NCBI GenBank assembly: GCA_016867725.1
Contig: VGIX01000001.1
Coordinates: 25,852-89,851, forward strand
Source: Candidatus Effluviviaceae Genus I sp.
GTDB taxonomy: Bacteria > Joyebacterota > Joyebacteria > Joyebacterales > Joyebacteraceae
DNA length: 64,000 nt
Direction: 5' to 3'
A program made the position numbers and the translations under genes. Every line of letters starts with the position of its first letter. The first letter of the stretch is position 1. Positions 13,668 to 21,686 of the stretch are shown piece after piece. The notes under the pieces are model-generated. The model saw nothing but the letters and a program-made list of their open reading frames with translations, was not told where the DNA came from and searched no databases.

Positions 13668-14912
13668 CTACTCCCCAGGAAGGACCCTCCCCGGCACGAG
13701 CCTGACGAACCTCCTCTTCCCGGCCTGCAGGAGGCGCGGTGCACTCAGGTCCACCACCGCATCCGGATCCCTCACCGCCTCGCCGTCCACTCTGATCCCC
13801 CCCTGGGCGATCAGGCGTCTGGCTTCTCCACCCGACCCGGCAAGCCCCGCTCCTACCACGACCGCCACGATCCACGCGCGAGAAAGGTCCGACTGCCCCT
13901 TGAGGACCACGACCGGCTCGGGGACCTCGTCGGGCAGCCCGCCCTTCGCGAAGACCCTGTCGAACTCCGCCTCGGCGCTGTCCGCCGCCGCCACGCCGTG
14001 GTACAGCGTGACGAGGCGCCTCGCGAGCTGTCTCTTGAGATCGCGCGGGTTCACATCGGGATCCTGCAGGCTCTCCTTCACGCCCGCGAGCGTCTCAGGG
14101 GAGAGAACAGCCGCGAGCTCGTAGTACCGCCCGATCACAGCGTCGGGAATCGACATCGTCTTTCCGTACATCTCGCGCGGGGACTCCGAGAGCCCGATGT
14201 AGTTGCCGGTGCTCTTGCTCATCCGCCGCACGCCGTCCGTGCCCTCCAGGACCGGCATGAGCATCACGACCTCGGGCTCGACCCCGTACGCCTTCTGGAT
14301 CTCCCGAGCAACCAGGCAGTTGAACTTCTGCTCCGTGGCGCCGAGCTCCACGTCGGCCCTGATGGCCACCGAGTCATATCCCTGCATGAGCGGGTAGAAG
14401 AGCTCGTGGATGCTGATGGGCTGCTGCGCGCCGAAGCGCTGCGTGAAGTCGTCGCGCTCGAGGATCCTCGCGACGGTGTACTTCCCGGCAAGGTCCATGA
14501 CGTCGGCGAAGCTCATGGTCCGGAACCAGTCACCGTTCATGACGACCTCGGTCCGCGCCGGGTCGACGATCTTGTGGAGCTGCGCCTGGTAGGTCTGCGC
14601 GTTCCTGAGAACCTCCTCGTACGTCAGCCTGGGGCGCGTCTCGGCTCGCTCGCTGGGATCGCCCACCATGCCCGTGTAGTCGCCGATGATGACCACCGCC
14701 GTGTGGCCGAGGTCCTGGAACTGGCGCAGCTTGCGAAGGCCGACCGCGTGACCCAGGTGCAAGTCGGGCGCGCTGGGGTCGAACCCCTGCTTGACCCTGA
14801 GCGGCTTCCCGTCGCGCAGGGAGCGTTCGAGCTTCCCTAGGAGCTCGTCCTCCTTGATGATCTCCACGACCCCTTCGCGAAGTCGCTCCAGCTGCTCCCT
14901 CGGGTCAAGCAC
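13668..14912 (-). CDS. tyrS: Tyrosine--tRNA ligase
   Basis: 414 aa with the class I HIGH motif (PDLHLGHAVG), KMSKS (RRMSKSTGNYIG) and a C-terminal S4-like domain. GTG start with GGAGG 8 nt upstream. Confidence 0.95.
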   Translation of the reverse strand: MLDPREQLERLREGVVEIIKEDELLGKLERSLRDGKPLRVKQGFDPSAPDLHLGHAVGLRKLRQFQDLGHTAVVIIGDYTGMVGDPSERAETRPRLTYEEVLRNAQTYQAQLHKIVDPARTEVVMNGDWFRTMSFADVMDLAGKYTVARILERDDFTQRFGAQQPISIHELFYPLMQGYDSVAIRADVELGATEQKFNCLVAREIQKAYGVEPEVVMLMPVLEGTDGVRRMSKSTGNYIGLSESPREMYGKTMSIPDAVIGRYYELAAVLSPETLAGVKESLQDPDVNPRDLKRQLARRLVTLYHGVAAADSAEAEFDRVFAKGGLPDEVPEPVVVLKGQSDLSRAWIVAVVVGAGLAGSGGEARRLIAQGGIRVDGEAVRDPDAVVDLSAPRLLQAGKRRFVRLVPGRVLPGE

Positions 14913-15004
14913 GTCGGAGACCTCCGGTTCGTCCGCCCATCAGGTGGCCTGCCCCCCCGCCTTCTCCCGCGCGGGGCCGGGCGAGTCAGCGAACGGCTGC
15001 ATAG

Positions 15005-15034
15005 TACATACCAACCCGGCACCCGCCGGCGCAA
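15005..15034 (-). promoter_or_regulatory. Possible tyrS promoter
   Basis: The minus strand reads TTGCGC-cggcgggtgccgggttgg-TATGTA (18-nt spacer), about 90 nt upstream of the tyrS start. The -35 is weak. Confidence 0.3.
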
Positions 15035-15060
15035 GGGCAAACAGGCGGGACGGCCGCGGC

Positions 15061-15089
15061 TTGACTCCACAGCGCCTGTCGGATAGCGT
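15061..15089 (+). promoter_or_regulatory. Promoter for the PBP1A gene
   Basis: TTGACT-ccacagcgcctgtcgga-TAGCGT with a 17-nt spacer. The -10 ends 6 nt before the first in-frame GTG. Confidence 0.45.
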
Positions 15090-15095
15090 AGCGGC

Positions 15096-17198
15096 GTGCG
15101 GCGGCCCCGGGCCAGCGGATGGCCGCCGTCTGCGGGAGGGCTGGTGCTCAGATCCTGGATCAGGCTCTTCGTGATCGTCCTCGCCGCGCTCGTAGCCGGC
15201 GCGGTGGGCGCCGTGCTGTGGCTACAGCGCGGTCTGCCCTCGCCGTCTCTCCTCGAGTCGGTGCAGCCCCTCGTCGGAGCCACGGTCTACGCGAGGGACG
15301 GCAGGATCCTCCACGCGTTCGCCCGGGAGAACCGGGTCATCGTAGCGCTCGACGATGTTCCCGCTGCCCTCGTGGACGCCGTCGTGGCGACGGAGGACAA
15401 GGACTTCCGAAGCCACTGGGGCGTCGACGCCAGCGCGATCATGCGCGCAGCCATGCGGAACGTCCGGGCGGGCCGGGTGGTCGAGGGGGCCAGCACGATC
15501 ACGCAGCAGCTGGCGAGGAGCCTCTTCCTGACCCCGGAGATCAGCCTGACGCGGAAGCTGCGCGAGGCGCTGCTCGCCCTCCGGATCGAGCAGACGTACT
15601 CGAAGGACAGGATCCTCGAGCTGTACCTCAACCAGATCTACTTCGGACACGGCGCCTACGGAGTGCAGGCGGCGTCCTGGCAGTTCTTCGGCAAGCACGT
15701 GTCGGAGCTCGATCTTGCCGAGTGCGCGCTGCTCGCGGGTCTGCCGAAGAACCCGAGCGGCTACTCGCCGCGGCAGCACCCGAACCGCGCCCTGGCGCGT
15801 CGGCGGCTCGTCCTATCGCTGATGGCCGGCCAGGGGACGATCACGCGCGAGGAAGCGGCGCGCGCCGACACGGCCGCCCTCCACATCCTGCCGCGGAGCG
15901 ACGGCGCCGGGCTCGGCGCGTACTTCGTTGAGCACATACGCAGAGAGCTCGTCGGTCGCTACGGACCGGACGCGCTCTACGCCGGCGGCCTGCGGATCTA
16001 CACGACCCTGGACCTCGACCTTCAGGCGGCGGCTGAGAGAGCGCTCGAGAACCGTCTGGCGAGGCTGGAGCGCGAGGCGGGGTACAGGATCAGGCGCGGA
16101 GACGCGACCGCCCAGGCCGGAGGCAGCGAGTTCACACCGTATGTGCAGGGAGCCCTCCTCGCCGTCGACGCCGCCTCGGGCGGCATCATCGCCATGGTCG
16201 GCGGGCGGGACTTCAGGGACAGCGAGTTCAACCGGGCGACCCAGGCGCCGCGGCAGCCAGGCTCGGGATTCAAGCCGTTCGTCTACACGGCGGCGATCGA
16301 CGGTGGGTACACGCCTGCGGACAGGATCCTCGACGCGCCCGTCATCGTTCCGGGAGCAGGAGCCCCTCGCCTTGTCAGGACGCGGGACGGCGTGGTCGAG
16401 GAGCCGACGGACTGGATCCCCGAGAACTACGAACCCGGATTCCGAGGTGAGGTCACGCTCCGGTACGCGCTCAAGCACTCGATCAACCTGCCGACCGTGA
16501 GGCTCTGCATGGACCTGGGGCCCCAGGCAGTTGTCCAGTGCGCCAGGCAGATGGGCATATCGACGCCGATCAAGCCCGTGTACTCGATCGCCCTCGGAAG
16601 CAGTGAGGTCAAGGTGATCGACATGGTCGAGGCGTACGCCACACTCGACAACCACGGCATCAGGATGTCGCCGTACGCGATCGAGAGGATCGAGGATCAG
16701 AACGGCCGGATACTGGAGAGACACGAGAGCCGGAGCCGTGAGGCCCTCTCCCCGGAGACCGCCTACGTCGTGACGAGCATGCTCGAGAGCGTGATGGTGA
16801 ACGGCACAGGCTGGGCTGCCAGAGCGTGGGGCTTCGATCACCCCGCGGCCGGGAAGACCGGGACCACCAACGACTGCACGGACGCGTGGTTCGTGGGCTA
16901 CACCCCCAGGGTCGTGTGCGGCGTCTGGGTGGGGTACGACGACAGGCGCTCGCTCGGCAGGAGCATGACCGGCGCCGTGGCGGCCCTCCCCATCTGGACG
17001 GAGTTCATGAAGGCGGCGCACGCCGGGCTTCCGCACGAGCCGTTCCGACGCCCGAGCGGCGTCGTGGTCCGACGGATCTGCGCCGAGACCGGAGCGCTGG
17101 CGACCCCCGACTGCGGGGAAACGCTGGACGAGGTGTTCGTCGCGGGCACGGAACCGACCGAGATGTGCCCTGCGCACGACCGCGGCGGGCTGCGCTGA
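15096..17198 (+). CDS. mrcA: Penicillin-binding protein 1A (bifunctional glycosyltransferase/transpeptidase)
   Basis: 700 aa. N-terminal TM helix (IRLFVIVLAALVAGAVGAVLW); GT51 motifs EDKDFRSHWGVD and RIEQTYSKDRILELYLNQIYFG; transpeptidase motifs SGFKP (SxxK), SIN (SxN) and KTGTT. The start may instead be GTG 15144. Confidence 0.93.
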   Translation: MRRPRASGWPPSAGGLVLRSWIRLFVIVLAALVAGAVGAVLWLQRGLPSPSLLESVQPLVGATVYARDGRILHAFARENRVIVALDDVPAALVDAVVATEDKDFRSHWGVDASAIMRAAMRNVRAGRVVEGASTITQQLARSLFLTPEISLTRKLREALLALRIEQTYSKDRILELYLNQIYFGHGAYGVQAASWQFFGKHVSELDLAECALLAGLPKNPSGYSPRQHPNRALARRRLVLSLMAGQGTITREEAARADTAALHILPRSDGAGLGAYFVEHIRRELVGRYGPDALYAGGLRIYTTLDLDLQAAAERALENRLARLEREAGYRIRRGDATAQAGGSEFTPYVQGALLAVDAASGGIIAMVGGRDFRDSEFNRATQAPRQPGSGFKPFVYTAAIDGGYTPADRILDAPVIVPGAGAPRLVRTRDGVVEEPTDWIPENYEPGFRGEVTLRYALKHSINLPTVRLCMDLGPQAVVQCARQMGISTPIKPVYSIALGSSEVKVIDMVEAYATLDNHGIRMSPYAIERIEDQNGRILERHESRSREALSPETAYVVTSMLESVMVNGTGWAARAWGFDHPAAGKTGTTNDCTDAWFVGYTPRVVCGVWVGYDDRRSLGRSMTGAVAALPIWTEFMKAAHAGLPHEPFRRPSGVVVRRICAETGALATPDCGETLDEVFVAGTEPTEMCPAHDRGGLR

Positions 17199-17218
17199 GA
17201 TCTGACCGTCCCCACCGG

Positions 17219-18538
17219 CTACCGCAGGTCCTGAGGAATGACCTCGAGCACACGGGTGCGCCGCTCGGGCTGGCGTTCGGATGCCAGCCTGAAGGCCGCC
17301 CGAACCCTCTCTTCGGCTGCTGCCGCCGCCGCCTCGCCGTCGGCATGAACGAATGCCAGAGGGTCCCCCACGCTCACACCCGCGCCTACGGGAGCGGCGA
17401 TCACGACGCCGACGGCGTGGTCGACCGCCTCACCGACCGACCGCCGGCCCGCCCCGAGCTTCACGCACGCAAGCCCGACCTCGAGAGCGTCGATGGCGCG
17501 CACCACGCCGCCTGCCGCGCTCGGCACCGCCCTGACCAGCGGCGCGCGGCGGAGCCGCTCGCGCCCGTCCACGAAGCGGACGTCGCCACCCTGGGCCTCG
17601 ACGAACCTCAGGAAGACCTCGAACGCGCGGCCGCTCTCCAGGGCGTCCTTCGCGAGCGCGCGCGCCTCACCCAGGTCGCGCGCGCGCCCGCCCAGCAGGG
17701 CCATCCGCGCGGCGAGCTCGAGGCTCGTCTCGCGCACGTCCGCAGGCCCCCCGCCGCGGAGCACCAGAACGGCTTCCTCGACCTCGAGGGAGTTGCCCAC
17801 GGCCAGCCCCAGCGGGCTCTCCATGTCCGTGAGGACCGCGACCGCACGGAGCCCCAGCCTCCCTGCCGTCGAGCACAGCGCGCCCGCAAGGCCGCGTGCC
17901 CGCTCCAGGTCGCCCATGAACGCGCCGCGCCCCACCTTCACGTCCAGCACGAGACCGTCGAGCCCGGCCGCCAGCTTCTTCGAGAGAATGCTGGCGACGA
18001 TCAGGGGAACGCACTCGACGGTCGCCGTGACATCGCGCAGCGCGTACATGCGCAAGTCGGCGGGGGCCATCCGCGGCGACTGGCCCACGACGGACATCCC
18101 GACGTCGCCTACGACCCGCAGCATCGCCTCAGGCGCGAGGTCGGTCCGGAGGCCCGGGATCGACTCGAGCTTGTCCAGCGTGCCGCCCGTGTGCCCGAGC
18201 GCGCGGCCCGACACCATGGGGACGCGCACGCCGAGGCACGCGGCCACGGGCGCAACGACGAGGGAGAGCTTGTCCCCGACGCCTCCCGTCGAGTGCTTGT
18301 CGATCTTCGGCCCGGGGATGGCGGCGAGATCAAGCGTCTCCCCCGACTCCAGCATGGCGCGCGTCAGGCTCTCGGTCTCCCGCTCCGTCATGCCGACGAA
18401 GTACACCGCCATGAGGAACGCGGCCATCTGGTAGTCGGCGATCTCGCCGGCCAGGAAGCTCCGGACGAGCCACCGGATGTCGGCGTCGTCCAGCTCGCCG
18501 CCGTTGCGCTTCCTTCGGATGACCTCGTACGCCGTCAT
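17219..18538 (-). CDS. deoA: Thymidine / pyrimidine-nucleoside phosphorylase
   Basis: Track ORF 17219..18583. The likely start is ATG 18538: MTAYEVIRRKRNGGELDDADIRWLV...AAFLMAVYFVGMTERE...DKHSTGGVGDK, a glycosyltransferase family 3 signature. 439 aa. Confidence 0.92.
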   Translation of the reverse strand: MTAYEVIRRKRNGGELDDADIRWLVRSFLAGEIADYQMAAFLMAVYFVGMTERETESLTRAMLESGETLDLAAIPGPKIDKHSTGGVGDKLSLVVAPVAACLGVRVPMVSGRALGHTGGTLDKLESIPGLRTDLAPEAMLRVVGDVGMSVVGQSPRMAPADLRMYALRDVTATVECVPLIVASILSKKLAAGLDGLVLDVKVGRGAFMGDLERARGLAGALCSTAGRLGLRAVAVLTDMESPLGLAVGNSLEVEEAVLVLRGGGPADVRETSLELAARMALLGGRARDLGEARALAKDALESGRAFEVFLRFVEAQGGDVRFVDGRERLRRAPLVRAVPSAAGGVVRAIDALEVGLACVKLGAGRRSVGEAVDHAVGVVIAAPVGAGVSVGDPLAFVHADGEAAAAAAEERVRAAFRLASERQPERRTRVLEVIPQDLR

Positions 18539-18609
18539 GCCCGGCCCCCTGAACGCGCGAACCGGCGTCGCCGCCGGCTCCACTCGGACGACGCGGCAGG
18601 CGCGTCCGG

Positions 18610-19506
18610 CTACCCGCCCACGATCTTGACGCTCGCGCTCGCTCCGATCCTGCTCGCGCCGGCCTCCACCATCTCCCGCGCCGTGTCCAGGTCCCTGATC
18701 CCGCCCGCCGCCTTGACGCCCATCTCGCGTCCGACCGCGGCCCGCATCAGCCGCACGTCGTGCGCCGTCGCCCCGCCCGGCGCGAACCCGGTCGACGTCT
18801 TCACGAAGTCGGCCCCCGCCTTCTTCGCGATGTTGCAGGCGGCCACCTTCTCCTCGTCCGTGAGGAGCGCCGCCTCGATGATGACCTTGAGCACCACCCT
18901 CGCACCGCAGGCCCGCACCACACCGCGGATGTCGCGCTCGACCAGCTCGTGGTCTCCGGCCTTGATGGCGCCGATGTTCGCGACCATGTCCAGCTCGTGC
19001 GCGCCGTCGGCGATGGCCCGCTCCGCCTCGAAGGCCTTGACCTCAGGCTTGTTCGCGCCCAGCGGGAACCCCACGACGGTGCAGACCTTCACGTTGGTTG
19101 GCCGCAGGAGCTCCGCGCAGAGCGGGACGTGGCACGGGTTGACGCACACCGACGCGAAGCCGTAGCGCGCCGCCTCCGCGCACAGCTCCTCGACCTCGGC
19201 CCGCGTGGCCGCGGGCTTGAGGAGCGTGTGGTCGATGACGGAGGCCAGACTCCCCAGGTCGCGACGGAAGTCCGCAACGCCCGACGCCGCGCTCACGCGG
19301 GAGGCGCCCGAGGCGATGATCGAGGCCACTGCCCCGGGCCGGCGATCGACGCACAGGCCGCACGCCACGCACGGCGAACAGGCGGCCGCCGCGGGCCCCT
19401 CGGAGGCCGCCGGCGGCTGCGTTCCGGCGGGCGCGGGGGGAGCTCCCCCGGCGAGGCGCCGGATCACCTCCTCGGTCACGCGCCGGATCAGCTCTTCGCG
19501 TTCCAT
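18610..19506 (-). CDS. deoC: Deoxyribose-phosphate aldolase with an ~88-aa N-terminal extension
   Basis: 298 aa. The DERA core begins at [20 protein letters not shown]... and includes the KVIIE and FVKTSTGF lysine motifs. The upstream 88 codons keep strong GC3 periodicity. ATG 19506 overlaps the last 19 nt of rpiB. Confidence 0.9.
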   Translation of the reverse strand: MEREELIRRVTEEVIRRLAGGAPPAPAGTQPPAASEGPAAAACSPCVACGLCVDRRPGAVASIIASGASRVSAASGVADFRRDLGSLASVIDHTLLKPAATRAEVEELCAEAARYGFASVCVNPCHVPLCAELLRPTNVKVCTVVGFPLGANKPEVKAFEAERAIADGAHELDMVANIGAIKAGDHELVERDIRGVVRACGARVVLKVIIEAALLTDEEKVAACNIAKKAGADFVKTSTGFAPGGATAHDVRLMRAAVGREMGVKAAGGIRDLDTAREMVEAGASRIGASASVKIVGG

Positions 19507-20051
19507 TCCCGCTCAAGCTCCATGACCTTGGCGACGCGCCGCTCGTGCCGCCCGCCCTCGAAGGCCGTGGCGAGCCACACGCGCACCATCTGGCGGGCGA
19601 GGCCCCGGCCGACGACGCCGGAGCCCAGGGTGAGGACGTTGGCACCGTTGTGGGACCTGCTGTTGATGGCGGTCGCGACGTCGTGGCAGCAGGCGGCCCG
19701 GACGCCGGCGATCTTGTTGGCCGCCATGGCGGAGCCGATCCCGGCGCCGTCGACGACGATCCCGCGATCGCACTCCCCGCTCGCGACGGCCCGGGCCACC
19801 TTCGCCGCGAAGTCCGGGTAGTCGCACGGCGCGTCGGTCTCGGGGCCGAAGTCCCGCACGGAGACTCCCAGCTCCTCCGTGAGGTACCTCCTGAGAACCT
19901 CCTTGAGCGCGAAGCCGCCGTGGTCCGACGCGATCCCGACCGTGGATGCTCGACCCGCCGCCGGCGCGGCCCCCTGCTCGGCCGGACGCGCCGCCGCTTC
20001 CGCCTCCGCGACGACCTGCCGCGCGATCTCCTCGATCCGCTCGCGCTCCAC
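19488..20051 (-). CDS. rpiB: Ribose-5-phosphate isomerase B (RpiB/LacAB family) with a 37-aa N-terminal extension
   Basis: 187 aa with core [17 protein letters not shown]...[20 protein letters not shown]...[14 protein letters not shown]. The only canonical in-frame start is GTG 20051, with GGAGGG upstream directly after the cdd stop. Confidence 0.9.
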   Translation of the reverse strand: MERERIEEIARQVVAEAEAAARPAEQGAAPAAGRASTVGIASDHGGFALKEVLRRYLTEELGVSVRDFGPETDAPCDYPDFAAKVARAVASGECDRGIVVDGAGIGSAMAANKIAGVRAACCHDVATAINSRSHNGANVLTLGSGVVGRGLARQMVRVWLATAFEGGRHERRVAKVMELEREWNAKS

Positions 20052-20067
20052 CGTCAGGATGCCCTCC

Positions 20068-20466
20068 TCAGGAACGCTCCGGCAGGTACGAGGTGAACGG
20101 TCTCGGAAAGAGCTCAGCGATGGTCGTGGTCACACGCGCCCCGGAGGCCGACTGGACGATGACCCTGAGATCGCGGGAGAACTCCCACATGACCTGGCGG
20201 CAGACGCCGCACGGCATGGTGGGCTCGTCGGCGCCCGTGGAGATGGCAAGGGCATCGAAGTCGCGCGCCCCCTCGGAGAGGGCTTTCGCGATGGCGTTCC
20301 GCTCGGCGCACACGGAGAGCCCGATTGACGCGTTCTCCACGTTCACCCCCGTGAAGACGCGACCGTCGCGAGCGAGGAGCGCCGCCCCGACGGCGAACCC
20401 GGAGTACGGCGCGTAGGCCTTCTTCCGGACCTCCGCTGCGATGCCAACGAGTTCGCCATCCGTCAC
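20068..20466 (-). CDS. cdd: Cytidine deaminase
   Basis: Track ORF 20068..20514. It carries AYAPYSGFAVGAALL, the CAERNA zinc/catalytic motif and PCGVCRQ. GTG 20466 (VTDGELVGIAAEVRKK-AYAPYS) gives the usual ~16-residue lead. ATG 20514 lies inside the predicted -10 box. Confidence 0.88.
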   Translation of the reverse strand: MTDGELVGIAAEVRKKAYAPYSGFAVGAALLARDGRVFTGVNVENASIGLSVCAERNAIAKALSEGARDFDALAISTGADEPTMPCGVCRQVMWEFSRDLRVIVQSASGARVTTTIAELFPRPFTSYLPERS

Positions 20467-20512
20467 GGTCGGATTCCCCCCACACGCGCCCTGGTGGGCT
20501 CTGACGCCGAGC

Positions 20513-20542
20513 ATCCTACCACAGCGCGCCCGTGGCGTTCAA
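20513..20542 (-). promoter_or_regulatory. Promoter of the cdd-rpiB-deoC-deoA operon
   Basis: The minus strand reads TTGAAC-gccacgggcgcgctgtgg-TAGGAT with an 18-nt spacer. Confidence 0.5.
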
Positions 20543-20596
20543 GCTCCCCGGTCCGGCCCGACAGCGCCCCGACGGGCGGTCGGGCGCGCTGCGGGC

Positions 20597-20650
20597 GAGA
20601 CAAGAAGACGAGGGAGCGGCGGCCGCGCGCGCGACCCCACCCCCTCGTCC
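20597..20650 (-). terminator. Terminator-like hairpin after the PorV-like gene
   Basis: The minus strand reads GACGAGGG-(27 nt GC-rich)-CCCTCGTC followed by TTCTTGTCT, about 35 nt after the stop at 20682. Confidence 0.5.
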
Positions 20651-20681
20651 CGGAATCCCATCGCAGGCCGTCCCGAGGCGG

Positions 20682-21617
20682 CTAGTCCCCGAAGGACATC
20701 GTCAGGGAGATCCTGTGTGTCCCGCCGAGGGCCTCGTAGTCCGCGTAGGCGTAGTCGAGCTGGAAGTCGCTGTACCTGAAGCCGGCGCCGTAGCCCAGGT
20801 TCCCGGAGTCGGGACCCGTCTTGTAGCCGGCCCGGAGCGCCAGCATGTCGTACACCCACACCTCGCCGCCGAAGCCCATCTGCGCGTCCTGGTTCCTCGG
20901 CATGAGCACGTCCGCGGCAACGAGGACGTCCACGTTCGGGAGCTGGCCCTTGGCCGTGGCGTACGAGACGCCTCCCGCGTAGGTCACGGTCTGATCGTCC
21001 TCGTCGTGCACGAACTTGAACCGCGTCCCGAGGTTCCGCACGGCCGCGCCGAGGTGCACCTGGCCGTCCATGAGCGCGTAGAGAAGGCCCATGTTGACAC
21101 CGAGGGCCGTCGAGCTCTCGCTGTCGAAGTTCGCCTGGATGACGTGACCCGACACGCCGGCGGACAGGTTGCACATGTTGGGCACCCTGAAGCCGTAGCC
21201 GCCGATGAACCCGAAGTTGTAGGCTTCGGCCAGCTCGTTCAGGTTCGTCCCCTGATCGTCCAGCACTTCGATCGAGCCGAGGTCGAAGTAGGCCACTCCC
21301 AGGGCGAGCCCGCCCTGACCCCGGGGAAGACCTACGCCCAGGTAGCTGAACGCGGTGTCCTCGAACCACTCGATCTGGCTCACTCCGAGCTTGACGCGCG
21401 GGATCCCGGCCAGACCGGCAGGGTTGTAGGTCAGACTCCAGAGGTCCCCCGGAACGCCCGTGTGGGCGCCCAGGGCGCTGGGGCCAGCGCCCACACCGAT
21501 CCCGAACACGTCGAGATAGGTGCTCCCGGCCTTGCCGTCGCCGGCCCAGGCCGTGCTCGTGACGACGAGCATCGCGGCGACGAGTGCAAGGGCCGGAAGA
21601 CCACACCTTCTAGTCAT
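20682..21617 (-). CDS. PorV/LptO-like outer-membrane beta-barrel protein (T9SS-associated family)
   Basis: 311 aa with a signal peptide (ALALVAAMLVVTSTAWA). The N-terminal motif YLDVFGIGVGAGPSALGAHTGVPGDLWSLTYNPAGLAG resembles the conserved PorV-type motif. Amphipathic strands run throughout. Confidence 0.6.
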   Translation of the reverse strand: MTRRCGLPALALVAAMLVVTSTAWAGDGKAGSTYLDVFGIGVGAGPSALGAHTGVPGDLWSLTYNPAGLAGIPRVKLGVSQIEWFEDTAFSYLGVGLPRGQGGLALGVAYFDLGSIEVLDDQGTNLNELAEAYNFGFIGGYGFRVPNMCNLSAGVSGHVIQANFDSESSTALGVNMGLLYALMDGQVHLGAAVRNLGTRFKFVHDEDDQTVTYAGGVSYATAKGQLPNVDVLVAADVLMPRNQDAQMGFGGEVWVYDMLALRAGYKTGPDSGNLGYGAGFRYSDFQLDYAYADYEALGGTHRISLTMSFGD

Positions 21618-21643
21618 GCGCTAACCTCCTTGCTTCCCGCTCC

Positions 21644-21670
21644 GGGCGGGGGCCGCGCAGGCCCCCGCCC
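21644..21670 (-). other. Perfect 11-bp GC hairpin between the giant cargo gene and the PorV-like gene
   Basis: GGGCGGGGGCC-5 nt loop-GGCCCCCGCCC (palindromic, so it forms on either strand). There is no U tract, and it lies in the 69-nt intercistronic gap. Confidence 0.6.
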
Positions 21671-21686
21671 CTGAGCAGGACGGTGC

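Noticed and set aside
20467-20514. The upstream ATG (20514) given by the track as the cdd start.
   Set aside because: This ATG is part of the predicted -10 box (TAGGATG). It would add 16 residues not seen at Cdd N-termini. GTG 20466 gives the usual spacing to AYAPYS. It is kept only as an alternative.
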